A stretch of DNA of 51,108 nucleotides from Octopus sinensis (lineage: Eukaryota), in the NCBI RefSeq assembly GCF_006345805.1, contig NW_021834292.1, positions 1 to 51,108 of the forward strand, written 5' to 3'. Numbering within the stretch: the stretch's first letter is position 1; each line of letters opens with the position of its first letter. A program made the translations under genes and the position numbers. Positions 36,976 to 50,923 of this stretch are shown piece after piece. The notes beneath the pieces were generated by a model that searched no databases, was not told the origin of the DNA, and was given only the letters and a program-made list of their open reading frames with translations.

Positions 36976-38132
36976 GTATGTGTATATATATATACGTTCA
37001 TATGTGTATGCGTGTGAATGTGTTGTATATTAAGTATATACTGCATATATTTCTGTATGCATGTTTGTGAGAGTAAGAGAGAAAAAGAGCGATGCATATA
37101 TATTTTCAGTATGTAGGCCTGCCTCATTGCAAGTGAATGTAAATGTTCTTTTTTGCATCAAGTCATTTGCCTGTAAATTTAGCCATTAAAACAGTTTCCT
37201 AACACTTATCCAGTACCGCACCATATGCTGTCTTCGATTTACCATAATATTAATAAAAAAACACCATAAAATGTCATATACTAATTTAGTTACGACATCA
37301 CAAATCTCGTCCGGATCGTAATGGCAAATGAGAATTAGACTTGTATTCAAATCTCGCGTTATTTACGAAACAACATTCCGCGAAAAACAACCGAAGTATA
37401 TCGATAACTGCTGAGCCGAGAAACGAAAGTAAGAGGGTGAATTTAAAAACAAAAAAACTAAAAGAATATAATGTAAAAGGAAATAAAACAATAAAAAACA
37501 GGCTTATGATGTCAATTGCTTCTTGAAACAGAAAATAATAATAGTAATACTTAGAAGAAGACGAAAAAGAAGATGAAGAAACAGTAATAACGATAATAAT
37601 AAAAGAGAAAATATAAAATGAAAACAAAAATGCGAGACAGAAACAAAAACTTGAACGTTAAAAACAGCAGAAGCGATAAGTGAATATGGAGGAAAAGAAA
37701 TTTCTAACCTATGTGGTTTTTATAGATTTTTAAAAAAAAGTTGATGAATATATTTCTTTTATATAAATATATGCATGCATATGTATGTATGTGTGTATGT
37801 ATGTATGTATGTATGTATGTATGTATGTATGTATGTATGTATGTATGTATGTATGTATGTATGTATGCATACATGCATGCATGTATGTATGTATATTTAT
37901 ATATATTTAGACAGATAGATAGATACATACATATGTATGTACCCACATACATATGTATGTACCCACATACATATATGTGTGTGTATATATACATGTATAT
38001 ACCTCTATAGATATATGTATATATAGTGTATATCTATATTTATATATATGCATATATATATATATACATATATATATACGTTTACATAAATTTGTATAAA
38101 TATGTGCATATATGTATATGTATATTCATATG

Positions 38133-38178
<46 letters not shown>

Positions 38179-38201
38179 TGTGTACATACATAAGTAAGTA
38201 T

Positions 38202-38262
<61 letters not shown>

Positions 38263-38451
38263 TATACATATACTTGTGAGAATGCCTGAGTTTCAGTGTG
38301 ATTTCATGTTATCTTCTGGTGTAAAAGAATAATAAAAAAATGGCAATAAATTATCTTATCTTTTGATGTATAAAAGAGAGATAACACTTTAAAACTTCTT
38401 TAAAACTTTTAACAAATAACACCTTTAAAGCAATAGTATATAATAGCGTTA

Positions 38452-38533
<82 letters not shown>

Positions 38534-38922
38534 TAATGATAATAATAATAATAAAACTAATAATAATAAAAATAATAATACTAAATAGAGACTCGATGAG
38601 AAGAAGTGTGAAATTAATGATAGAACGAAAATAATATTGAAGAGGTAGCAAAGAAGAGGAAAAGCAGAAAATATTCAAGGAAAAAAACTAAGATATGAAG
38701 GAAAAAAAATCCACATAAAATCAAATGGCGAGTAGCAATGTTTAGTCGAAAAAGCTTTCCAGAGAAAATTTAAGAGATCTTCAATAAAATAAAAATAATA
38801 ATGATAATAATAATAATGCCTAGAATATGCTGGTAAATTCTGATATAAAAATCATTGAAATTTGTTTGGTGAGTTTTAGTACGCATTATATTACCGAGGA
38901 TAGAAATGTAAAACAAAAAGAA

Positions 38923-38983
<61 letters not shown>

Positions 38984-39330
38984 GTGGAATTAAGAAGTAT
39001 GAAAGGAAAAAAATTACTGACTGATGTTAATTCCTTTAAAGAGAGGTTAAATGTTAAAATCTTCACACATAATTTTTCACACACAGACACGCACACAAGC
39101 ACACGCAGGTATGTCGTTTATGCATGTATGACTTGTATTTATATATATATGTATGTATATGTATAAATATATATATATATATTCATATATATTCATATAT
39201 ATACATACACACACACACACGAGTTTGTGTAGCTGTAACTTAGCGTTTGAATGAATACGTGTTTGTGTGCATATGTGAGTGTATATATATATATATATAT
39301 ATATAGTATGTATGTATGTATGTATGTATG

Positions 39331-39362
<32 letters not shown>

Positions 39363-39470
39363 TGTATGTATGCATGTATATATGTATTTGTGTGTGTGTT
39401 AGAAGTGGTTTTAATGCCCCGCAATTCATACTGTAAGACATGGATCGAAATCTTAAATGGCTATGAATTA

Positions 39471-39511
<41 letters not shown>

Positions 39512-39528
39512 TAATAATAATAATAATG

Positions 39529-39602
<74 letters not shown>

Positions 39603-39760
39603 CCCAGTGCAATTAGCTACATAGATTAGTATTAAAGCATGAAATGAGAAACAGCAAACGAAAGGGAAAAACCAAGTAAGAGAACATAATTAAGAAAACT
39701 TAACTAAAATAATGAAATTCCCATAAAAGTAAAATATATATATATATTTATAGAAATGTG

Positions 39761-39891
<131 letters not shown>

Positions 39892-40625
39892 TATATATAT
39901 GTATACATTTCTATAAATATATATATATGTATGTATCTGTATATGTAAAGGTATATATATGGATCACTTTAATGCGACTGTAATTTTTTTATAAAATAGT
40001 TTCCCATTCAGGTCTAGTGATCAAATGGTGGGTCTGCAGTTAATGATGCATCCGAGAAATATATTGCATGTGAATAATAAATACACACACACACATCTAT
40101 GCTTAAAAAATGCACATTTATATACACACATATATGTGTGTATGTGTGTTTGCCTGTATCTTTGTATGTGTGTATATTTGTATGTTTGTGTGTATAGTTG
40201 TATGTACTTTTGAATGCCCCCGGAAGACCCATATGCTTTCTCCCTGAAAGCCTATGAGATGTAAGTCCTAAGATACGTCTCGTTGATTCTGAAGACCTAG
40301 ATTTGTGTAGGTTCTAAAATTTACAAGTACAATTCACACATATTTACATTCTATAAAAGTCAGAATGTGTGATGTGCATGCCTTGCCCTCAACAAATACA
40401 ATACTAATTCAATGTTATAACATCTATACTGACAAATACAAAATGTAGTGAAAAGTTATTCCTTTATTTGTGAGGATCGGCGATGCTGGAACACGCCTTG
40501 AAGGGTTTATTTCAAATCGACCCCAATACTTATTTTAAGGAAGTCAGCTACATAATTTATCGGTCTCTTTCACAGAAGAGCTAAGTCATGGGGACAAAGG
40601 AAAAACACAGCCACACATAAATATA

Positions 40626-41731
40626 TTGGGTCATCCCATAAATAATAGGTTCTTTTAATGCTTCTTTTATTTTTCAAAATTAAGATAAACAAAGTCCTTT
40701 CTTGATCTAAAATATTCTCTCTTTCATTTTTACATTGCTCTTCCATTTACCTGGTAGACGTGCAAGGCCCCTCTTCCAAAATTCACTTGTCTGTGACGAA
40801 AAACACTCCACAATTACTGTTCTGACTTTGTCTAAAGAATTCATTTTTTTCCGTTCAAATGATTTTGAAGACTGCAGAATAAATGATAATCAGATGGGAA
40901 AATGCCCGTTGAATATGGTGAGTGGGGCATCGTTTCCCGTTTAAACTGCTCCAGCCATTGGAATGTCATCCTCGCTGTATGTAGCCGAGCATTATCCTGA
41001 TGGAAGAACACCTTTCATCTTGAAACCAAAGATTGTCGTTTTTCTTCTAGCGCCGACTTAAGCCTTTCAAGCTACTTACAGTACATCTCTTTTGTTATCG
41101 TTTGGTTTGGTTTGGATTTAAAAGTTCAAAGTGGACTAAACCTTTCATATCCCACGAAATAGATGACAACATCTTATGTGGGTGAGGACCTTCTTTAGCC
41201 TGGAGTGCCCATGTTTCTTCTTTCCCTATCCACTGTCTTCGGTGCTTGACATTTTTAAAGAGAACCCATTTCTCGTCACCAGTCACTATTCGGTCCAACA
41301 AAGGTTGATTCGTTGGACGTGACAGTAAAGAAGAACACACATTCACTCTCTGCGCGGAATTAGACTCGGAAAGTTTGTGAAAATATCCATTGACCCAATT
41401 TCTTCACTTTTCCCATAGCACACAGGAGTCGATGAATAGTTGAATGGCCAAAACCAAACTTCTCAGCTAGTTCCTCAACAGTTACGATGGGATTTTGTCC
41501 CACCAGGGTTTGCAGGACATCCTCGTCGAGCTCTACAGATTTTTCAGGACGAGGCTTGTCTTCTAGGCTGTTAAAATTGAAATGCACCCCTCAAAACTTA
41601 CTCTAAGAATAAAGACAAGGTAAAAGTACTACCTGTTATTATAGCAAGTTGATGCAGGTAGTTTATCCTGTCCCCTCTAACCTTTTGTTCATGCAATTGA
41701 AAAAAACTGCATTAGTTATGGGATGACCCAA
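40626..41731 (-). mobile_element. Mariner (D,D34D) DNA transposon, defective, 1106 bp
   Basis: 21-bp TIRs ttgggtcatcccataa(a/c)taat (20/21) with TA on both sides. Transposase motifs LEDKPR, IVTGDEKW, HQDNA, PHSPYS...PSDYHLF with 34 residues between D2 and D3. Stops, frameshifts and loss of the N-terminus. Confidence 0.93.
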
Positions 41732-41866
41732 TATATAAAACAATATACGTGCGCTCTTATGAGAATCACCATATGAGAGGATCTCAGGGTGAATAACGCA
41801 GTATTTGCGTTCTAATACGTCCCCATTAAGTAGGATATAAAGATTGGTATTCAGTATCCGTCGCTA

Positions 41867-41922
<56 letters not shown>

Positions 41923-42321
41923 GTCTGTCTGTCTGTCTGTCTCTGTCTCTGTGTGTGTGTCTCTCTCTCTCTCTCTCCATCTCTACAGAAACATGACAAA
42001 TATCAGTGTTGGCTATAGTTTTTAATCTTTTGTCTCTTACGTATTTCACTCACCAGACTGCAGCCATGTTGGGGCACCACTATCAAAAAAATTTTTAGTC
42101 GAACAAATCAACACCAGGACTTTTACTTTTTTAACCCTGCTACTTATTCTATCGGTTTTATTTTGCTGAAACGCTAGATTATGGAGACATAAACACACCA
42201 ATATCGGTTAATGGTAGTGGTGGTGGGAACAAATACCCTCCCCCACAACACACACAAACATGCATACATTTATATATATATATATATATCTATATATATA
42301 TAATATATATATATATAGATA

Positions 42322-42462
42322 TATTACGACGGGTTTCTTTCAGTTCTCGTTTACCAAATCTACTTACAAGGCTTTGCTCAAGGTTTCACGCAATGGATTT
42401 GAACCCGGAATCATGTGGTTGGGAAGCAAGCTTCTTATTGCACAGCTAAGTTTGCGCCTATA
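42322..42462 (-). mobile_element. SINE family B fragment
   Basis: Minus strand taggcgcaaacttagctgtgcaataagaagc...ccgggttcaaatccattgcgtgaaaccttgagcaaag. Confidence 0.6.
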
Positions 42463-43354
42463 AAATTAAAAAAAAAAGCGAACGAAATTATCTGACAACA
42501 TAGCATTTATAGACAATATTGGCCGCATTTGGAGCAGCCAGAAAATGCGTATTTCTGTTTTTTTTTAGTGGAAACTTTAAATGATGTCAACGTCTTTCTC
42601 AAATGCTGTAAGCGTAGGCAACTTTAGCTAAAGAACTGAGAACGAGACAGATTTCGATGTCTTAGTGTAGCTAAATTTCCTGTTCGCTCTTTCTGAGTTT
42701 GATTTTACCGAGGTCAACATTTTGGTTTTTATGGGGTCATTAGAAGTAGATTGATAGATAAAATAGATGTCAATATCATAGGAAAGGGTTATGTCAGTGA
42801 ACAATAAATCTTGCTCGTTCTTAAAATAATCTTATGACTAAGAGGGGGAAAATATGGTATGTTAGAAATATCTAAGATATTAAGACAGTTCTTGTATCTG
42901 ATTCCGCGTAAGGTGGCAAGGTAGAATGACATTAGATATATCGTTACTATTTCATCGACCACAAACTGACGTAAAGAAATATTTCATCTTGAAGGATCAT
43001 TCATTTTTAAATTAATAACATTATGCAGACTAAGACATAATGTATTTTCGCATTTTGCTATTGTGTCTAACAAAAGTGGGGTAGATTGGTTAGCACATCG
43101 TACAAAATGCTTTGATGTATTTGTTCCGGCTCTTTATATTCTCAGTTCAAGTCCCTGAGGTAAATTTGCTTTTTTTATCTTTTCAGAGTTAATAAAATAA
43201 AAAAAAATAAAATAAAATAAAAATCAATTAACTAGTGGTATTGATTTGCACCAGGGCTCTTTCTCATTGACTCTTGCTTGTCCTGTTTTACCTGACATGC
43301 CGAGGATTCCGTCACTTCGCCGCCTTAAAATTCTGTTTTCTATTTGCAACACAT

Positions 43355-43900
43355 AATAAATCGAGGAGCTGGCCAAATCGTAAGCACGACGGGGAAATGC
43401 TTAGCGGCATTTCGTCCTTCCTTTGCGTTCTGAGTTCAAATTCCGACGAAGTCGAATTTGTCCTTGAAATTTTCGGGATCCATAAAATAGTTGAGTAATC
43501 TATCTAATCGACTTACCCACTCCGACAAACTTACTGGCCTTGTGCGAAAATTTGAAACCAATATTACGACTCATATATTCCGCCGAGGTCATCTATACCG
43601 TTCACCCTTTCTGGGTCGATAAAATAAGTACCAGTTGATCACTGGGGTCGATGTAATCGACTTACCCCTTCTCTTGAAATTGCTGTAATTGTGCTAAAAT
43701 TTGAAACCAATATTACAACACATATAAGGCGGAGAGGTGGTCCAATCGTTAGCATGCTGGGCAAAATACTTAGCAGCATTTCGTCCGTCATTACGTTCTA
43801 AGTTCAAATACTTAAGGGGTTGACTTTGCTTTTCATCCTTACGAAGTCGATAAAATAAGTAAATAAATACCATTTGATCACTGGGGTCAGTCCAATCGAC
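43355..43900 (+). mobile_element. Three decayed SINE family A copies
   Basis: gagctggccaaatcgtaagc...ctgagttcaaattcc; tccgccgaggtc...cactggggtcgatg; aaggcggagaggtgg...ctaagttcaaatac. Confidence 0.7.
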
Positions 43901-43917
43901 GTACTAACTCCCTCAAG

Positions 43918-43985
43918 CTAGCTGCTCCCTGAAACTAGCTGCTCCTTGAAACTAACTGCTCCCTCAAACTAGCTGCTCCTTCGAA
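43918..43985. repeat. 17-bp minisatellite, four units
   Basis: ctagctgctccctgaaa / ctagctgctccttgaaa / ctaactgctccctcaaa / ctagctgctccttcgaa. Confidence 0.85.
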
Positions 43986-44444
43986 CGTGTGAGAAATTTA
44001 TTACATAAAGAACAAGCACAAGATAGACTGCAAGCTCATAGTGACTTATGGTTAGACTTAGGTCAGTCTATATTGCTCTGTAAGGAGCTTAGTAACCGGT
44101 TCCCCGGTTTCTCAAGTGAGTGTATTCCTCTCTGAACGAGACGCCGAGCCGTCGCATGATGGACGAGACGCCGGTCTGTCTGAACGAGACACCGGCCCGT
44201 CTCATTTTTACTAACTGATTGGACAGGAGCAATGTTAAAGAAAGCGTTTTGCTCAAGAACGCAACACATCATCCGGTCCAGGAATCAAAATTATGATATT
44301 ACGATCATGAGCCTACGAACCATTAAGCCGTACGTCTCTATTGTAGTGACGCGTGTACATAACTAAAGCTGAAGTAAATTGAAATTTAATTTTCATTACA
44401 GAGTTTCCGTTGCTGACGTTTAATTAATGAATTCACGACTGAAA

Positions 44445-44950
44445 AAAAAATCAAAAGAAAAAAAAGAAGAGAAAAAGAAAAAGGAGAAAAGAGAAAAAAT
44501 ACCAAAACAATTCACCGCCTTGGGTTGAAATGTTGGGGGCGCTGGGAAACCTCTCTAAAGGCTGTTGAGGCACGCCAGCACGCTTGCAGCGTTGTCGCGG
44601 GTAATGGCGAGGCTGATCCGCTGGAACAGCCAAGCGCCCTCACAAGCCTCACCAGTTACCTCTGCAAGGCGAGTTACCAGTGAAGACAGGAATCTCGCAG
44701 TCAGTGGTTCGACCCCACCAAACGTCTCGAACGCCACAGGATGGAAAATGTAGTTGGCCAACTGATCACGGTATTTCAGGATTTTGTTCCGCTCGGCCAC
44801 AGAAGCTGTGGATCTCGCCCTGACCGCAGCACCCAGGATGTGAGAAGAAGCAAAGGAGTCGCTAACTGTGACATCCCAGACAAGGCATCTGCCTTGCGAC
44901 CAGGGGCAGAGGTTGAGGCCGTCAGGTCTCTTTCCATCACAGAGAGCATT
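44445..44950 (-). mobile_element. CRE-like non-LTR retrotransposon 3' fragment (restriction-like endonuclease domain)
   Basis: Stop-free frame 44950 to 44555: DGKRPDGLNLCPWSQGRCLVWDVTVSDS...AERNKILKY...FHPVAFETFGG...RLAEVTGE...LFQRISLAITRDNAASVL. T-rich 3' tail follows. Confidence 0.75.
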
Positions 44951-45260
44951 CTATTAGATCCACCATGCTACACTAAACTGTCATTTACAGGAATGAACTA
45001 AGGAACTTGTATGTTGTTACTCGACTTGCAAAGAATAACAGCCAAAATCTCACACTAATCATATTTTTATATCTTAAAAACAAATAGGAGAAGCGACTTC
45101 AGACATTGTAGGCGTAAACACACTAAGTCTGAGAAAGAAAGACAGGATGGTCGCGGGTGGCGCACCTTCTTCATACATCTGCCAGAACATTTCTGAACAC
45201 TAAGATGTAGTCATATATATATACATATACATATATATATTATATATATATATATATATA

Positions 45261-45314
<54 letters not shown>

Positions 45315-46129
45315 ATATATATATATTTACAGCGTGCGGCAGAAAGGTTTTCTCGATTTGAAAGGTTAATAAAAAACAAACACATGACGATCAAAGAAAG
45401 AAACAGTGCTCTCCCCTCCAGGCCATGGTGGGTACTAACTGAAACAGAAAGAAATGGCATTTAATGAACTTCATCGAAATATGAAGTTCTTTTGTACATC
45501 TTCATGTGTTTGGTTTTTTATTAATCTTTCAAATCGGGGCAACCTTTCTGCCGCGCCCTGTAGAGAGACAGACAGACAGATAGACCTACAACTTTCTATT
45601 TTTTTCTCGGTGTTCACAATTTCTCTACAGGCATCACCTTACAAGTAAAGGCACATGGTCTAGTGCTTAGGGTGTTGCACTCACGATCGCAAGATAGTGA
45701 TTTCGGTTCTCGGTCCGGCTGGTGCACTGAGTGTTCTTGAGTAAGATATTTTATTTCACGTTGTTCCAGTTCACTCAGCTGTAAACGTGTAACCATGTGA
45801 CGGACAACCGTCTCGTTGTGGAGAAATGTTGTGATGTCGGTCACGAGGTGACCGGCTCTATGAGTCCTAAGACTCGTCACAAGTTATCTTGTAACCTTAT
45901 CGACCTCGCCAGTTTAGAAGGAAGGAACTGAAAGGTTTAAGGTCATCGTCTCATCTTTTTCCGCACTAATGAACAGTAGGGGAATCATAATGTGATTGAT
46001 ATCAAACTTAGTTATTTTGCAAGAAGCTCTCTTCAAATGCTTCGCGGGAGACTCAATGTAATCGGTCCTCTTGCTAGAGCCATCAATCGAATCTCTTGCA
46101 AAGCACATACCACTGTATTAGTTTCACAT

Positions 46130-46315
46130 TTTGGCACGAGACCAGCATGTTCCGGGGAGGGGGATAAGTCGATTACATTGACTCCAGTGTTCAACTGGTA
46201 CTTATTTTTTCGACCTCGAAAGGATGAAAGGCAAAGTTGACCTCGGCGGAATTTAAACTCAGAACGCAAAGACGGATGAAATGTCGCTAAGCATTTGCCC
46301 GACCTGCTGACTATT
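46130..46315 (-). mobile_element. SINE family A
   Basis: gaaaggatgaaaggcaaagttgacctcggcggaatttaaactcagaac on the plus strand. Confidence 0.8.
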
Positions 46316-46439
46316 GTGCCTGCTTGGCACCTTTATCACACACTGCTATTTTAAAATAAGATAAAGGATGCTTATTCTTTTAATCTTTTATACATACATA
46401 CATACATACATACATACACATACGTATGCACACACATAT

Positions 46440-46484
46440 ATTGATAGATAGATAGATAGATAAAGAAACAGACAAACTGATAGG

Positions 46485-46556
<72 letters not shown>

Positions 46557-46574
46557 CAAACAAACCGACAAACT

Positions 46575-46670
<96 letters not shown>
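46440..46670. repeat. (GATA)n tract
   Basis: Direct inspection. Confidence 0.9.
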
Positions 46671-46671
<1 letters not shown>

Positions 46672-47884
46672 ATCAAGTCGAAATAGTAATAATGTAATTA
46701 AAATACGTTTGATCATAGATCTGCTAGATCCTGGCTCACTTGACCTCATCAGTCTGAGAGAAACTGAAAAGCTTAAGGACCTTGTCTCATCTTTTCGTGC
46801 TGTGTAACAGAAATAACATAATCCTAGACAACCTAATCCTCTTAGTAGTGAACAGGGATCACTTGAGGGCACATTAGCAGAATCACTATATGATTGATAA
46901 CAGATTTGTTAACTTACGTGAAGATCTGTTAAAATCCTTCGAGGGAGCTTAAAAGAGCAAAAATAGCAATAAAAATGATTGGTCCATCTGCTAGATCTAG
47001 CAGCTAAATTTTCTGCAATTCGCATACTACTATATTAAAATAAAATGAAGCATGCGTAGGCCTTAATATGTAAAAGGCCGAGATCGTAATAGCGTTGATT
47101 GAATACCTTTGAACATAAGTCTACTCGTTTAGGACTGACTTGGAGGTGAGTACTACACAGCAACAACGGGCACAACAACAACAATAGCAGCAACAAGAGC
47201 AAGACCTTCCTGGTGGAATGAGAGATTAGTTCCGCTGGATTAGCTTATCTTAGCTACACTGCATTAAGACGAAGCCTTTACTGCTTGTTACCCTTGACAA
47301 CACACCGGTTCATGGCACTAAACACCGGCAGTTAAGCAAATAAAATACTACAAGATATATAATATAATACAATATATAAAATATAAAGCATAAAAGAAAA
47401 TACTATGAGCAATAACACCAATTAGTAAACATTTTATATTTCACAATATTATCTATAAAATAATTAACAGCTTTAAAAAAATAAAGATTATCACAAAGAA
47501 ACAAGAAATAAGAAAATAAGATGTAAACTTCTAACTACCTTGAACTGAAGTTAAATTAATCGTGAATTTTACAACGGGAAGTAACGATGACAGCAAAGAT
47601 TTGCACGATTCTGCGGAGGTACACACGCACACGTGTGCATTTTATGACCGAAAGCATTAAGCGCGTTACCGGAAAGACATTTGAATGGTTATCTATTTTA
47701 CTGTTGGCCCATGCCACTAGAAACAGATTACGGCGTTTCTTTTTCTATTATTTCGATATATTTTATTACTGTTAAACATTCAAACGTGTATAGTTTTAAT
47801 ATCTAACGGGCACCCCTATAGGTTTTCATAGCTGAGAGAGATACGCACCAGTCCATTTACATACCTTTCTATCCGACATTCTGT

Positions 47885-47912
47885 CTATCTATCTATCTAT
47901 CTATCTATCTAT

Positions 47913-47952
<40 letters not shown>

Positions 47953-47979
47953 CCTACCTATCTATCAATCTATCTATCA

Positions 47980-48032
<53 letters not shown>

Positions 48033-48044
48033 ACTAACTATCTA

Positions 48045-48079
<35 letters not shown>

Positions 48080-48098
48080 GCCTGTCTGTCTGTCTATC

Positions 48099-48160
<62 letters not shown>

Positions 48161-48170
48161 CATGTCTATC
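47885..48170. repeat. (TATC)n/(TGTC)n tract
   Basis: Direct inspection. Confidence 0.9.
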
Positions 48171-48541
48171 TGCTTACTTACCTGACTGCCTGTGTAGTTC
48201 TTCCACATATCTACAACAAATATTCTCTAAATTATCGTCATGCAAAGACATACCTACATGCACGCATACACAAAGATATATAGGTGAGCGTTTGACTTGT
48301 GTATGTGTTTGCGCGTATGAATACATGCGTGATTGTGTGTCTATTAAATTACATAAATCCCTTTAAACGCAATTATTTGATTAAAATACAGATTTGCTGC
48401 GTTCTTTAGAAGTTTCTTAATTGAGCAGTATCATTATTATCATTGCAATATTCCAAACCAATTCCTCCGCTCTTTCTTTATCTCTCTCTCGTTCTCTCCC
48501 TCTTTCTGTCAGTCTGTATGTTTGTCTCTCTCTCTTACCCC

Positions 48542-48621
<80 letters not shown>

Positions 48622-48979
48622 TATATATATATATATATATTAAAAATATATACGCATATATACATATATGTACATACATACATATATCACATCACGTGAT
48701 CACGTGACCGACCAGGCTATCAGATGTTGCTACACATCGCTGGTCACAATGCGCTTCGCATTGTTTTAGCCTTCAAATGACGCCACCCCGCTGGCTAAGC
48801 GAGCAGGCCAACAGAAGAAAGAGTGAGAGAAAGTTGCGGCGAAAGAGTACAGCAGGGATCACCACCACCCCACTGCCGGAGTCTCCTGGCGCTTTAGGTG
48901 TTTTCGCTCAATAAACACTCACAACGCCCGGTCTGGGGATCGAAGTCGCGATCCTACAACTATATATATATATATATAT

Positions 48980-49400
48980 ATAGGTGCATATATGGGTATA
49001 AGAGGTCGCAAAACGTAAACAACATGAAATGCGAAAACAACAAGAGAAACAAATGGAAAACAAGACAAGTAACATACAGAATGACTCTTCATCAGTTGTC
49101 GTCTGTCCATCTACTCCTCATTTCGAGCAATCAATGACAATATGAGGTTTCGAAAGGCCGTTTCACCCGCGAACAAACATACAATTTGGGATTTGCGGAG
49201 GGTCAAAGTTGGTAACAAAAACAGGACTGTGTAGACATACAACAAACCAAACGAAAACGAATATGGAGAGTCATTAGGCCAGACGAGATAAGGTAGCGGA
49301 CGCTGAAGGAATATTGTTTTTGACAAGAGAAAGATAGAAGAGGAGACAGATAAGAATGCGCCTGGTTTGTAAGACAGACTGAAAGAAAAGAAAGAGGATC
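48980..49400 (-). mobile_element. Unclassified repeat ending in (TA)n, possibly Penelope-derived
   Basis: Same architecture (pyrimidine-rich minus strand ending in a TA repeat). Contains CTGATGAAGAG and GCTCGAAA half-motifs. Confidence 0.3.
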
Positions 49401-49660
49401 ACTTGACTAAAAGAAAGGTGGACGACGGTCACGTGTGAGCAACGAGAGAGAGTAGAGGAGAAACAGGAAGAAAAAGACAGATAGAAAACGGTGAAGGGGA
49501 GAAAAAAGAATTAGAGAAAGGAAGAGAGAGAAAACGAAAGAAGGAGAGAACAGTACAGGGTAGAATGGCATCAAAATTATTATGATGAACTTATTTAATA
49601 ATTATACATGCATACATACATACATACATACATACATACATACATGCATACATACATACA

Positions 49661-49696
<36 letters not shown>

Positions 49697-50549
49697 TATA
49701 TGTGTGTGTGTGGAGACCCCCTTCTAGGTGGGATTGCACCTAGAAAGTTACACTCCGAGGCACATTTCCGAGGCACATTAATGATATCCCTTCATCGGAG
49801 ACGGTGTGAGAGGATAGTTAGGTCATAATTAGTTTAGATGTGATACAAAATGGAGAGTGAGGTGGAGGAAAGAAAATAGATGCAAGATATGTGTGGGTAT
49901 TGAAGTTGTAAATCCATTTTTTTTTTTGGCATAATGGTATATATGCAATATTCCAATATCCTATGAGTAAAGTCCAAAAGTCCAACAGAGTTTAAAATGA
50001 GTCCTTCCAAATATAGAGTTTATAAGCATTGTAAGATTCCCTTATGAGTGAGATCCAGCAGATTTTTTTAAATCTGCTGGATCTCACTCATAAGGGAATC
50101 TTATGGACTCATTTTAATTTAGATAATTTAGATAATTTTAATTTAGAAGGGTCTGATTGCAGCGAAAAAACTGCATCAGCAACAACGGAATTATCAACAT
50201 ATTATTGTTCCATCGTACACCATAATTTTATGCTCTAATATCCGCCAAACGACTCTTCCGAGGTTCTTACAAACACCTCTCTATGCAAATTACCCGCTTC
50301 GTCATTTAGCAATATTAAACCTCCTCTCATCTACTCGAGATCTCACCATCACCTCTGCTGCTGATCCGGCCAGCTCCATCAACGCCACCACCACCACCAC
50401 CAACACTATCAAAATGACCGTTTGCTATTAACTTCACCTTCTCCTCATTCTCACTGACATTTACTCTCTAATACATTTTGTGAGGGAGCCACTAACGGGA
50501 TCGATTCTCGTGCTAGAAAAAGCAGCCAAATCTCTCAAAAGTAGTTCCG

Positions 50550-50850
50550 GCGTCGTATGTTGCAGTCGATCCGATCAATGGAATAACCTGCTCGTGAAAT
50601 TGACGTGCAAGTGGCTGAGTACTCCACAGACGCGCGTACTCTTAACGTAGTCTTCAGGGAGATTCAGCGTGAAGCAGAATGTGACAAAGCTGGCCCCTTT
50701 GAATTACAGGTACAACTCATTTTTCCCAGCTGGGTGAACAAGAACACCGTGAAATAAAATATATTGCTCGAGAACCATACTCACCGCTAGGAATCGATCT
50801 CACGACTTACATTCTTGAGCTGAATAATATAATGACTAACTTACGCGCCT
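50550..50850 (-). mobile_element. SINE family C
   Basis: Minus strand gagatcgattcctagc B box, ttttatttcacggtg body, and a tail homologous to 32640-32810. Confidence 0.65.
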
Positions 50851-50923
50851 TCTGTCCTAGGTATGCACAAAAACCAGAAAACATAGAATTAGTACGGATT
50901 GTCATTAATAACGGAACAGCTGG

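Noticed and set aside
49084-49128. Permuted (type II-like) hammerhead halves GCUCGAAA ... CUGAUGAAGAGU on the minus strand
   Set aside because: Stem II pairs, but stems I and III do not form convincingly.
49722-49779. 9-bp hairpin plus a 13-bp direct repeat
   Set aside because: Too short to support a function; likely a rearranged repeat fragment.
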